This document shows, piece after piece, positions 33,826 to 45,450 of a stretch of 64,000 nucleotides of DNA. Origin of the DNA: Minutocellus sp. GHC0000111. Its lineage: Eukaryota. The DNA lies in assembly GCA_977018835.1 (NCBI GenBank), contig OZ361256.1, positions 186,001 to 250,000 of the forward strand. Reading direction: 5' to 3'. Under the pieces are notes generated by a model that worked only from the letters and a program-made list of their open reading frames with translations, was not told the origin of the DNA and did not search any database. The position numbers were made by a program, and so were the translations under genes. Positions within the stretch are counted from its first letter, which is position 1. Every line of letters begins with the position of its first letter.

Positions 33826-35553
33826 ATGCCCTGCAGTAGAATTGTGATAGCCATCGCTGCGATCTTTGCCATCGTGTCGGGCCCATTCCATGGTGCCATC
33901 TTTGGCTACAATCGCAAAGGCGACAAGAACCCGTCGCCGAACATTCGAAGAGGTCGCCGCTTGGGCAAGGGGATGGACAGATACGGCGAACCCGGCCCGG
34001 AGGTCGATTTAATGAAATACAAAGACAGCGATTCAAAGTCGTACCAAGCGCGTGCTACAGAAACGATTCGAGCGGAAGTACCAGTCCTCGAGCGCCCAGG
34101 CTCGTGTGGCCAAGCTGTTCATGGCAACATGACGATTGACACGAGAGACAACCTACTTGACCTCCCTCTCAACGAACTCCTAATCAAGCTCGAAAAGCCT
34201 CCTTTTGTCACCACGCCCAATCCATACGGCCAGACCGTGGTGGATATCGGCCTATATGTGTATGAGATTGCACACATCGACCCAGCCGAAAATACATATG
34301 TGATGGAGGGCTTTGTTGATCTAGGTGAGAGAATTGTGCTGCCTGAGCAATCCTCGCTTTTTTTTCTAGACAATTCACGCAAACCTGGATATCCACATTA
34401 TGCTCTAACGGTCAAATTTTTTTCTCTCTCCTGTCGAAAATCTTTAGTGTGGTGCGATCCTCGCTTGCGCTTCGAGTTCAACGAGAGCGATCCTTTTGAC
34501 CAACGAACCCACGTCTTTCTCGAAAAGGATGCCGAGCGCGAGCTGGAACATATTTGGTGGCCAACTCTCTTCTTCGTGAATGAAGTGATGCCTCGACGGA
34601 TTGAAAACGAAGAAGTGATTATATATTCAGATGGTACCGTCGAATATCGGGAGAAGTTCGGTGTCGAGTTGTCAACAAATTATGACATGACCAAATTTCC
34701 ATTTGACACTCAAATACTCATCGCAGAGATTGAGAGCTTTGCCTGGACAAGCAAGGATATGATATTTCATCTCGAAGAAGATTTGGTTGGCTTCTCCAGC
34801 GAATTCGAGGTACCCGAATTCAATATTGAGAAGGTAGAAGAGCATCTCGAGGTACGGATGGAGCCAAGAGATCGCTACTCCTTCTCGGAATTGGTTGCTG
34901 AAGTCTATGTTCGAAGGGACCCGAACTACTACATTACCAAGGTGATCATACCTCTTGGTCTTATCGTTTGTATTTCGTGGGCAGTCTTCTGGATGGACGG
35001 AGAAGATCTCGCTGATCGTATGGCCATTTCCTTCACTGGAGTCCTTACAAGCGTTGCATACCAATTCATCGTCGCCGAGAGCTTACCTCGCCACATCTAC
35101 AATACATTCTTGGATAATTTTGTGCTCATATCTTTTGTCATGATGGCGCTTACAATCATTGAAAACATTGGCGTAAGCATGCTGTTGAAGCAAGAGAAGA
35201 AGGAGAAGGAAGAACGCCTAGTGCGCATGGAATCAAGGTTGATCCAGATGGAGACATCGAACAGCAGCCTCGGCCACCCTGGTGATCGCATCAGAACGCT
35301 CACTGAGCCTACCATACAGGAAGATGAACCTGTCATGCAAGAAGAGGAAAATAGGGAGGGAGAAAAGGGCGACAGAGGGCAGGTCCCGGTGCATAGAAGA
35401 AACAAATACTTGACCATGCTATATGAGTGCGTGAATCCTCCGGGCACTGGCAAAGAGAAAGCTCAACACCTCGACAAGGTTTGTCGGTACGTATTCCCGG
35501 TATTTTACGCTACAAGTGTGAGTATACTCGCGGCCGTCCAGGTGGTCAACTGA
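33826..35553 (+). CDS. Cys-less (Pro-loop) pentameric ligand-gated ion channel; intron 34325-34447
   Basis: WCDPRL, IWWPTLFFVN, DGTVEY, FPFDTQ without flanking Cys, VRR pre-M1, four TM helices, LDKVCRYVFP M4. Confidence 0.92.
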   Translation: MPCSRIVIAIAAIFAIVSGPFHGAIFGYNRKGDKNPSPNIRRGRRLGKGMDRYGEPGPEVDLMKYKDSDSKSYQARATETIRAEVPVLERPGSCGQAVHGNMTIDTRDNLLDLPLNELLIKLEKPPFVTTPNPYGQTVVDIGLYVYEIAHIDPAENTYVMEGFVDLGERIVLPEQSSLFFLDNSRKPGYPHYALTVKFFSLSCRKSLVWCDPRLRFEFNESDPFDQRTHVFLEKDAERELEHIWWPTLFFVNEVMPRRIENEEVIIYSDGTVEYREKFGVELSTNYDMTKFPFDTQILIAEIESFAWTSKDMIFHLEEDLVGFSSEFEVPEFNIEKVEEHLEVRMEPRDRYSFSELVAEVYVRRDPNYYITKVIIPLGLIVCISWAVFWMDGEDLADRMAISFTGVLTSVAYQFIVAESLPRHIYNTFLDNFVLISFVMMALTIIENIGVSMLLKQEKKEKEERLVRMESRLIQMETSNSSLGHPGDRIRTLTEPTIQEDEPVMQEEENREGEKGDRGQVPVHRRNKYLTMLYECVNPPGTGKEKAQHLDKVCRYVFPVFYATSVSILAAVQVVN

Positions 35554-35622
35554 GGAGGGTTTGGAGATATATAAGTACATTAATTAAGCTGCATATTAAT
35601 CCGTTGACTGGATAAATCTCAG

Positions 35623-37893
35623 CTATGGATTATTCGATTGTTGGCAAGACTTATACACGGAACAATCCATGCTGCTCGAGCACGGCATTGTTTCATCAAA
35701 ACAGCACTTTCCAGGACTACAAATTTGTTCACAAGCGTCGATTTCGCTCTCTTCCGGGAAGAGACAAGCTTGGTCAACAGCCTCGGAAAGCTCTTTTGAG
35801 GAAATGATGCCATCCTCTAGGTCCTCATCATCCATGTGAAGGAGTAGTTGGCAAGGGCTGTAGGAGGAGCACCATTCGTCACTCTTATTACTGATGCATG
35901 TAGCTGTTGCTGAGCCTCCGAGATGATTTTCGTCGCTTTGGCCCCCTTTCTTCTCAGAGTAGAAACAGCACATAGCAGGTCGGCAGGCAATGTTGCATGC
36001 GGAGATCCCGCCAGGCTCGGCTAAAGCCTGCTGGGAACAGACTTGGCTGACTCGATCAAAGATCTTTTGAGAGAAGCCACTGGCCGGATGATCGGGATCT
36101 CCCTCCTCGGATCCTTCGCCAATGAAAACCGAAGTGCCGTCTTCTGTTTCTTCTTTATCTGCCAGGAGCGAATCGCCAGTGGTCGCATCTGCTATATTCA
36201 ATTCAGAAAGATTGCTGCAGAAATCTGCGTATCCCTCACATAGCTCTGGGTTTGTAAAGGTGCAGGCACTGATATCACAACAGGTTGAGTAGAAGCACTC
36301 TTTGTGACATGCCTTCAACCCGCCCGGCGTTTCCAGACTGGATGGACTGCATATTTCACTTAGATCAGCTGGGATCGATGGTATCTCGATTGTGATATCC
36401 TTTCCTCTGCCAGTCTTTTGGTCGTAATAATCAAGTGCCGAGCAAATCTGATCATACAAAGCGCAAGTATAGTCTTCACTGGCGCAACTGAGCGGATGAC
36501 CGCTTGCCAAATAGCAGCATTCCGCCTTGGTGCAACAACTTTTGCATGCTTCGTAGGTGTCATCTAAGCTGGAAGGTGAACAGAGGCTGGGAAGCATTTC
36601 GGGTATCGGTGCAAGTTCTCCTGGGGCAATGTCTTGTTCTGTTGTATCTTCATCCGTTGTTGTACCTTGCTCTTTTTCATCCTCCTCGTCTTCGTCGTCA
36701 TCAACTTCTTCGTCCCCACTGCCCTCGCCTCCATCATACTTTTAATCTAAAATGCTGCACAAATCGTCATATACTTGACAATCTTCCGACCGACTATCGC
36801 GACATCCAAGCGTTCGATGCATGACGCCATTGGCTTCGATGAAGCAACATCGAGCCGGCTGGCACAGAGTGTGACATGCCAATCGACCCTCGGCGGTAAG
36901 GACCGAGGACGGGGCGCATACCGTGGAAAGATTAGCTGGCGGCGGTGGCAATTTGGAGCTGGCATCAATGGATTCATCTGCAAGATCTTCTTGGATTTCT
37001 TCTTCGACGTCTTTTACTGTCGGTGCCATTGTGGGTGGGTCCGTCACTGTCTCCTTTGCACTGGCTTCGTCATTTTTTGGCGTGTCTACGACAGAATCAC
37101 CTCCCGACACGCCGAGCGCCCCGCCAATGGCGCCAAGGCCGCTGCTTATCGAATCCACGCCACTCCCCCGACTATGCGCCGTAATGCCATAAACCACTAG
37201 AACAAATCCCGCCATCATCCCCACCATCAGACATACCATGCAGGCATTCCGCCTCGATCGGCGCTTCTCCAGGAGTCGTTCCTGGTCGTTGATGACGGCA
37301 CCGTACACGTTGTCATCATAAGCGGTATCGTCGGCCTCGAGGTCCACGGAGGGGTCGTCGCCGTGCTTGGCATCGAACAGATCGACGAGTCGGCCGATAT
37401 CTTGGCTCAAATGTCCCCCGCTCAGTCGTCGGACGGCCTTGCCGATGCGCCGGCCGATGCCCTTCCCGCCATCGGGGGAGGTTTGCTGGGTTCGATCCTC
37501 GAAGGAGTCGTGACCAACGGATGGTCCATAACCGCCATTACTACCGCCCCGATAGGCACCCGCTCTGTTGTCTGGTCGGATGGAGCGGTTGTCGTACGCA
37601 CCGTAGCCGCCGCTGCGGGCCGAGCGCTGGCTGGCGATGGAGCGGGCGATGCTCGACCCGTCCTCGTCGTTGTACGAGGAGTGGAGGATGCGCTCCTCCT
37701 GGCTGAGCATGGCCAGACCATCGTCCAGGTTGGTAGGGCGAGATCTACCGCCGGTGGAACTGCCGCCGAATATCCGACGGGAGGAGGATGACCGGCTGCC
37801 GCCATTATTGCCGCCGGGGGAGTTGGGTGGGGATATGTGATACGGCAGGTCGGCGCCCGAGGACGAGTTTTGGACTGGCGGTTGCGGCGGCAT
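35623..37893 (-). pseudogene. Type II membrane protein with diatom-type Cys-rich repeats; single in-frame TAA at 36744-36742
   Basis: ORFs 36742-37893 and 35623-36597 are in the same frame (CSILD*KYDGGEG). Repeats C..xSL...G...C...C....CC occur on both sides of the stop. Confidence 0.7.
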
Positions 37894-38358
37894 GCTTTGT
37901 GGCGTGATGTGTGCTGGACTATGCGCTCACGAGGAATAATTCGAATAATGTCTGCTCTGACGAATGAGTGGGTGGGATTGGATGGATGGCTATGCGGGGG
38001 TTCTCGACTTTATGCCGAAATGTTCAGGCCGAAATTCGAACAGATGAGGTCGTGAACCACGAAAAGGGACGGAAGGTAGCAATCCGCAAGCCGCTGAACC
38101 CAAGCTTGTCACTTGGTGGCTGGCAGAGGCTGCGTCGCATGTACGGAGAGCTTGCTTTGGCGTTATTCTCTCAGTCCGGGCATTATGTCGGCTTCTCGTG
38201 GTGGTGGCAACGCAAGTGGTGCCCAAACACATATGCCCTCTTTATCTGTCTGAATGATGTCATAAATGACTTCGGAAAGACCGCCCTCAAAGTACCCTTT
38301 CTCGTACGTTGTTGCCGCAATTCAATTCCATTCCAGGGCAGGAGACTCGAGGAGATTC

Positions 38359-38445
38359 GTCGTGCGCCGGTTGCTTCTTGCCGAATGTGACGCATTTTGC
38401 AAATAGCTTCTTCAGTGTCGTGCGCCGGTTGCTTCTTGCCGAATG
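38359..38445. repeat. Two perfect 29-bp direct repeats separated by 29 bp
   Basis: GTCGTGCGCCGGTTGCTTCTTGCCGAATG at 38359-38387 and 38417-38445. Confidence 0.9.
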
Positions 38446-38486
38446 CTGATCATAATCCAAAGAAAAAATTAGCACCGACAAACAAC

Positions 38487-39568
38487 ATGAGCTCCTCGCC
38501 GCCTCGTCCGAAAAAGGCCCGCGTAACCAAATGCAAGGGGATAAATGAACAACCCAAACTTACCATTGATCTCTGGGTGGAAGTCGTACCTTCGCTATGG
38601 AGAAATGATGACTATTTGCGAAGTGAGCCAGATGTTTCTGAAAGAGATAATTCCACAAATCACCTCAGTTGCCGTGTCTACGCACAACAACCAGATCCTC
38701 TTCCCCATGCTCTTCCCCTTCTTCCCTGCCTTTCCCAAGCGTCTTCGGGGTGCTACAACTGTGAGCATAACGGGAATCTTTGAAGTGATAGAGGACGGGC
38801 CGCCTGTGCTCGATGAAAGAGTACTGATGCAGATACCCCCCTTTCTTTCCAATCTGGCTTCCGTTGACTACGTGGCAATCAGAGGTTGGAAAGAGCAGGT
38901 CGCTGGCCGGGGCGACTGGGTCTTTGTTGACTTATTCGAACATAAATTTGCTGGTAGAGGCTTTATTTTATCACAGACACATTCACAACTAATGCGCGCA
39001 TTTGCATCAGCAATTTGTCTTTTGTCGGCATCTGGAAACGTTTCCCGTAAGTTTCAAATTTCTCGACTGCTGCACCACCCGATCTGTACGCATCGGGGGC
39101 TGAAAGAATATGACAATGAATGCAGACACTGCAAACTCCTTTGCCGTTCCTACAACATTCAAAAAATTATACACGCGCTTATTGGATACGAAACGAATGA
39201 GGTTGGGGTTCATGTGATTTGTTTACATCCCGAGACCGCACTCAAACTTGTCTCCAAGCGCCCAAATGGGAAAGCTGAGTGTTGTAAGTGCATCGATATA
39301 GACAATTCTTGCGCGCTATTGAGAATGAAAAGTATCATTTTCTCCAGGCCATATTGAGCTGGGGATGCTACCTCAGACTGATCGAGCTGAAATTGATGCA
39401 TTTGCGCTTGGGTCTTTTGGAAGTGACGACAATGACATTCAGGAGCCATGCACATGCATTTATGAACAATTGCTGGACTCGCTCGTAAACAATGGAATCC
39501 CTCTGAAGAAGTCAGATTTCATGAAAGTTTTCATTTACGAAGACGATTATCGGCAGCAGGCAGTTTAG
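38487..39568 (+). pseudogene. Degenerate F-box-like diatom gene with several frameshifts
   Basis: MSSSPPRPKKAR...LTIDLWVEVVP continues in another frame as YLRYGEMMTICEVSQMF; further shifts near 39340-39365. Confidence 0.55.
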
Positions 39569-39627
39569 ATATACCTAGAATATTCTTGTTGGGCCCAATG
39601 GGTAATATTTTGTTTTTATTATCAATC

Positions 39628-40257
39628 CTATACCGGCATTCCAGCACTATGGGCAATGTCGTCGCTGTTGAGATAAATATAGGTCATGATGCTATCCCGT
39701 CGTCTCTTGCTGGCAGCCTCATACGCTTTTCTGGCATTCCACGGACAGCCGAAAACTTCCCGAGCATATATCAGAGCATCTAATTGGCCTGCCTCGGCGG
39801 CAGCCGTGCACACGGCCACATCGTCTTTTAAACATACCTTCTTCTCCTCGATGAGGTACGTCATTGCGTCGGTATCACCAATTTGGGCTGCCCGTATGAG
39901 GATGGCCTTGAGCGAAGCGCTATGCTTAGCAAGATCGCAGTTTTCAAGGTAGTATTCAAGCAGATGCTTGTGCAATTTAGGCCCAAACAGAGTTTCAGCT
40001 GGGCTAGTTTTGTACAAATGGTCCTGACACGCCGTCGTGACATCGCAGTCTTCGTCCGCATTGTTCTCGCAGCAGCATGTGAGCAGAGCCCGCCGGTGTA
40101 ATTCTACCTGGTGGCAGAATTCACGAAGGTCACGCCAGGCAGTGCAAAACTGTTTGGAAACGTGACAAATCGGCAGGTGAGAGCATTTGGGTAGAAAGGA
40201 CAACACTTCCGAAAGTAGGACGTCGGGGAGAGGAATCGTCATTTTTGGCGCCGTCAT
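39628..40257 (-). CDS. F-box-like plus ankyrin-like repeat protein
   Basis: LPDVLLSEVLSFL...VSKQF; AAQIGDTDAMTYL and AAEAGQLDALIYAREVFGCPWN. Confidence 0.75.
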   Translation of the reverse strand: MTAPKMTIPLPDVLLSEVLSFLPKCSHLPICHVSKQFCTAWRDLREFCHQVELHRRALLTCCCENNADEDCDVTTACQDHLYKTSPAETLFGPKLHKHLLEYYLENCDLAKHSASLKAILIRAAQIGDTDAMTYLIEEKKVCLKDDVAVCTAAAEAGQLDALIYAREVFGCPWNARKAYEAASKRRRDSIMTYIYLNSDDIAHSAGMPV

Positions 40258-40685
40258 TTGTCTTGTCTTTACTTTTTGTTCTTGTAAGGTGGACGGTGAC
40301 AGGTTGAAAGGTTGAGAATGAAGCGCAGAGGAATGCTTTAGATTTGCAGGAAGGATAAATATGACCGAGATATCAAAAGCCCAATCTGCGATTTGGTCTC
40401 TGGCGAACGAAGGAATTGTAATTCGCAAGGAGGAAGAACGAAGTGAAGTTTTTGTTGTCAAAGTTCCGAGAACGTGGCGCGTGGTTGTCAGTGACGATTG
40501 ATTGATAGTGTCTTCCTCAAGCGGCGGCGACGGTCAGACCAAAGTTCAAATTGCTCCAACGCAATAAAGCTCAAAGCATTTATTTGCGCAAATTAAATGA
40601 AAGCAAGGGCCAGGAAGTACACTGGAAGCTCATTGCATTGCTTTCACAAAGCACAATAAACACAACATCTATATAACTCACAAGG

Positions 40686-41261
40686 ATGGCGAACGCCGCA
40701 GCGAAAAAGGCGGCACAAGCAAGAGCAGCGGCCTCCGCCACATATTTCCCGATAGTGGCAGGCTTGAACGTCATTCATCTCCTCATTCGTTTGTACCAGT
40801 GGGATGCCTTTATCTCCAGCCGAAGCAACATTGTCCTCAATGCCTTACTCCTTGGATTGGCTGCATTTGCATACAAGGGGATATTGGACGATCATGCCGA
40901 GTCGGCGTCAAAATCGACAACCAAGGTGGTCGGTGGTGGCAAGTCCAACGAAAAGTTAGCTGGTGGAGCATCGTTGGACCTGTTGGGTTTGGTTGTTCTG
41001 GTTCAGTTTGGCTCGGCTCTAATCAGCGACAAGTTCTATTGGATATTGGCCATACTGCCATTCTTGGGGGCTTACAAGATCTACCAAATAGTCTATGGAG
41101 CCAAGAATTTGATGGGCGGTGGAAGCGGAGGAGGCGGGGGCAGCGGATTCGGCAGTATGGCGCCGAGCATGGCACCGAGTGCAGGCATGGACGGTACCAC
41201 TGATGCCGCGGACGAGAGACGGAAAAAGCGGGCGGAGCGGAGACGGATGAAGAGAGGGTAA
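40686..41261 (+). CDS. SND2: SRP-independent targeting protein SND2/TMEM208 (DUF788)
   Basis: MANAAAKK start, TM helices, DLLG..VLVQ..SDKFYW...P...YK, basic C-terminal tail. Confidence 0.75.
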   Translation: MANAAAKKAAQARAAASATYFPIVAGLNVIHLLIRLYQWDAFISSRSNIVLNALLLGLAAFAYKGILDDHAESASKSTTKVVGGGKSNEKLAGGASLDLLGLVVLVQFGSALISDKFYWILAILPFLGAYKIYQIVYGAKNLMGGGSGGGGGSGFGSMAPSMAPSAGMDGTTDAADERRKKRAERRRMKRG

Positions 41262-41685
41262 AGGGTGCAATCGAAAGCGATTTGGCTAAGCTAAGGTGGC
41301 ATGCATATCTATCATCTATTTGTATTTTGCTGGTTGTGCTCGTCATTGGTTGTCGGTACATGTACTTTGTGCATAGCAATCGAAAGATAAGCAGAAGAGC
41401 AATGTCCGTCGAAAGCTTCATAATCGATTCATATTATTTGTAAAAATCCTTTTGTTTGCAATAACCACAAACAAAGAAGTTCCGAATATATATCTACATT
41501 GAAGCATCTGTATCTCTGTATTCGCTGATGCCGAAGCTCACAACAAAGTTTTTAAGATTTCTGTTGCTGTCGTGGAATGAAACGAGTAGTCCATAGAGCT
41601 ACTGCCTTACTTGAATAAGTGCCTGGTTGGTGCGAAACGCATCAAGACCCCCATGTACTTGACCCTGGCTGACCATGGACGAGCA

Positions 41686-42042
41686 CTAACTGATTACGCA
41701 CGCCCCGTCCGATTTTCCCTTCAGTTTCTCACGGAGCTCCTTCTCAACGGTATCGTACGAACTGGCAAAATGTTCTCGATCCGGTAGCTTATTGAAGTCG
41801 TGATCGTGCACAAGCTTGTTCCGTATTGTCACGAGATAACGTAGCTTCTTCATTGTCTCCTTCGACAAGCCGGCGGTGTCCTGCGCATATGTGATTTTAT
41901 CGTGAAGGCCTGTTTGCTTGTCGTTCGGGGCGCCGAAGCCTGTCTCCAGCAGATGCTCCAAGTCCTTGGTGGCTCTTATGACAAGCTCAAAATCATTCTT
42001 GTATTGGAGATACGACGTCGAACTTGAGAACGTGCCGCCCAT
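41686..42042 (-). CDS. Small HEPN-superfamily (DUF4145-like) protein with N-myristoylation and CaaX motifs, 118 aa
   Basis: MGGTFS (MGxxxS); LEHLL..GLHDKI..LRYLVTIRNKLVH (RxxxxH); ends KLKGKSDGACVIS. Confidence 0.75.
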   Translation of the reverse strand: MGGTFSSSTSYLQYKNDFELVIRATKDLEHLLETGFGAPNDKQTGLHDKITYAQDTAGLSKETMKKLRYLVTIRNKLVHDHDFNKLPDREHFASSYDTVEKELREKLKGKSDGACVIS

Positions 42043-42145
42043 GGCGCTGAGCACTGCTGGGAGTAGAATGAGAGATACGACGTCGAACTGGGCGAAAACG
42101 TTCCGCCCATGGCGCTGAGCACTGCCAGTAGATAGGCCTAGAATG
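42008..42145. repeat. Imperfect tandem duplication of the HEPN gene start region (two units of about 63-75 bp)
   Basis: GAGATACGACGTCGAACT...CCGCCCATGGCGCTGAGCACTGC occurs twice. Confidence 0.9.
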
Positions 42146-42429
42146 GCACCGAAAAACCGTAGCGCTACTGAAGTTCGGGCTTTTTCATGTCGAAACACTC
42201 GATGTAACCATGCAATTTGTTTATCAATTCGGGAAATTATTTCGCACCATTACAATCAAAAGTATCGGGTCATGAATAAAAGGAATGCTCCTCTGGAAAA
42301 ATATTTCTCATTTGAACACTTCTAAAGTCTGGTTCGTTTGAGTCGATTGAGTCAAGGCTGAGGCAACTTCTTTCATCTTCCATCACATTCCAAAGATACC
42401 ATTGCAGTACTCGTCTCTCGCAACCAACC

Positions 42430-42497
42430 ATGCCTGCCACTGCCAAGAAAGCCGCCGTGCCTAGCAAGGCTGTGAGTGATCATGTTGTGGACATTCG
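42430..42497 (+). other. Probable first exon (MPATAKKAAVPSKA) plus GTGAGT donor of a gene cut off at the duplication junction
   Basis: CAACCATG context and a canonical donor at 42472; the sequence switches to copy B at 42498. Confidence 0.4.
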
Positions 42498-42702
42498 TGT
42501 ACTCTTATTGTGCCACGCATTTTCTTGGCATTTTTGGTGTCACCGCCTGACCAACGAAAACGATGTCAAATGCAAGTCAAAGCAGTTGCTCGAGGGCTCA
42601 TGCCGAGAACACGAAGTGCCGATCAACGGCAGAACATTTCATATTGCCGATTCAAGAGTCGGCCATAAATTTGCAGCTTTCCCAAAGCACAAAACCAAGA
42701 TC

Positions 42703-44938
42703 ATGACCCGTCGGCGGCGTCAACAACCTTCGTCGTCCCATCTGCTGCCAAGGACGGCAGCATTCTCACTACTTTCATCGGCAGCATTGTGCTGCCTCCT
42801 GCTAGAACCATTCGGACGACGAAGAACAACTGTCCACGCCTGGGTCATTCCCAAGTCTTTCGAGAATGTACTCCTTCCCAGTTCAACTCGAACTACCGGT
42901 GGTCAGCAAGAGGGTCTGCTATCGCCACCTTTGCACATATCGACGTCCGAGTCACTCATCATTGGCACAACTACTTCCGGCAGAGAAGGCGAAAATTCCG
43001 CCGCCAATCAAGAAGTTTCCACCGCCGCACAAGCGGTGTCTTTACCGCAAGACAAATTGCAGCAGATCGAAACTCCTCTCGACCAGTGGCTGCAGGATAT
43101 CATGACAACGACGGCGGCTACATTCGCCGGTATCATGTCGACGGCTACCGCTGACGAAGGAAAAGACATTGGAGCTCAGACATCGGCCCAGATGCTGGAC
43201 CAGCCGATACCGTCGGGTCAAAATCAAATTCCAGTCATCGATCGAATTGCCAAGGTAAGGAAGAGAAGCACATTCTAGTTTAAAAGGATCGTCGTCGTAC
43301 ACATCTCATAGGCGACATAACAATTCCTATCCCAATTTCTCGAATAATATGTGAAATGCTCACTTTATATTCCATCCCTTTCCCAATTGACCTCTACCAA
43401 CAGGCCATGCACGAGGAATCTTTGCCTTGGCTCATTGCCTCCATCTTACCCCTCAGTGCGTCGGCAGCCCTTCAAGACATGTCGCCCGTGTTTTACTCTG
43501 CATCCTTCGAGCTTGCCTTCCTCACCTACTGCTCAGCCAAAGTTCTGCTTCGTTTCAACAAGCCTACCACACCTCAGCCCATGCTGGCCTCTCGGCAGTG
43601 GGACTACGTTCGAGAATCGGTATGGTCGTCGCATCCCACTCTCGAGGCGCGCAGGACATTTTTAATGGGATGGTTCTACGATGCACCCTTTGACCAGCTC
43701 CGTCGAGAAGATGCCTTGTCGTTCCTTTCCTGGAAGCGTTATGGTCTGCCATTCGAGGGCAACTACCTCTCCAGCGACCAGATCGAGTCTCTAATCAACG
43801 AAGACCTGCCGAGACTATGCGACGAAGTCAACGAGGGCAAGCCTCTCCAATTTCGAGGCGTCGATGAAAAGCCTCTGGGATGTATGCGATTCAACCTTGA
43901 ACCTCTACGGTACCGCCACAAACCACTTGTCTTTTACGGTGTGACACATGCGGCCTTTCATTTGGTTCGTCACACGCTCAAGAAGGAGTACGGCTTTGAT
44001 TATACTCCGGCAGCGGATGGCAGCAAGGACATAGCATACTGGTATCGAGCACCGTCCTGTCCCATCGAGGAAGCCAACCCTCCTCTTGTATTCGTCCACG
44101 GGGTCGGTGGTCTCTCTTTTTATTACCCGCTCATATCTAAGCTCACCGAAGAGATCGAGAAGAGCGGCGACAATACGCCCATTACTTTGCTGGACCTGCC
44201 GCAAGTTAGCTTGCGAATCAACGACGATATTCCTAGCATTGAATCATCCGTCGAGAGCGTGTGCGGCATACTCGATAAGACGGTTGGTAGTGATAAACAG
44301 GCTACCATGGTGGGACATTCTTTTGGTAGCCTCATCCTCAGTTGGATGGTCCAAAGCCGGCCCGATAGAGTCTCAAATTGCATATTTTTGGACCCCATCG
44401 TTTTCCAGCTGCACCAAAAGGATATACTGTTCAACTTTCACATGAAACGGGTAGACGAACGAAGCAGAAATGATTGGAGCAATCCCTTTTCGATTGGGGC
44501 ATTGATCAATTAGCCGGTACCGAGCTACACACCAACAACGCAATGCTGAGACACTTTTGGTGGACTTCCAATGCACTCTGGCCGTCTGAGATTCAAAAGA
44601 ATGACATTTCAGCTTGCGTTTTACTAAGCGAGAATGATGAGATTGTTCCTTCCTCTGATGTTGCCGAATTATTTGCCACTTACAATCAGAACCAGAAGAC
44701 CAACAACATCTTTGGATGGGACAATCTGATCGAAAATATATCCTCATTTGTTACCGATGAAGTCACTGAAACCAAGGGAACCAAATCCTTCGTCAAGGCC
44801 AAGCTTATAGAAAATGCTGGCCATGGCGATTTCGTTTTTGATGAAGAGAAGCAACTCGGGGTCATCAAAACGGTGAGAGCGATGCTGAAGCTCAACGCAA
44901 TCAAACATCAGCGAGAAAAGAAAGCTATGCAACCCTAA
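42703..44938 (+). pseudogene. Alpha/beta hydrolase, copy B, same 1-bp deletion as copy A
   Basis: ATCAATTAG at about 44510. Confidence 0.8.
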
Positions 44939-45450
44939 AAAAGATACGATAGAATAGATCAATGCTCATAAGCTAAGCTGTACATACTGGTAGATCTACA
45001 TGTACGTGTAGAGTTGGGACCCCTTCTTCGAAAAAGGGAGCTCGGCGCCGGCTGGGGCTAAATCTGTCGCATGAACTCATAACCCCTTGGCTCGGCCGGC
45101 TCGCGAGAATTCAAGATGCCCCATTTCTGGAAGGGCTCCCAACAGCGAACGGGCTGGAGCGACCGTCCTGCCTCTCCCGTATCTTCAGTGACATCTTGTG
45201 TCACCAACGCCAATACGTTGCCTCGCCAGGGATATTTCAACCTTTTGGTGCCGTCGGTATCCGTGTTTGGGCGCCGTGAAACGTATATCTTCAAACAGCA
45301 CACCACGTGCCGGTTCTCGTTTTTTCCAACGCTTGTTTCTCACCCCGGGCGTACCGTGTCAGTTCGTTCAATCACCGAGCCTCTTGGGTAGACGGGCCCA
45401 GGGAATACAACAGCAATCTATTCCTGAATTACTCTTGAAAGGTGTGCACT

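Noticed and set aside
38359..38445. CRISPR-like repeat-spacer-repeat
   Set aside because: Only two units, eukaryotic context, no cas genes
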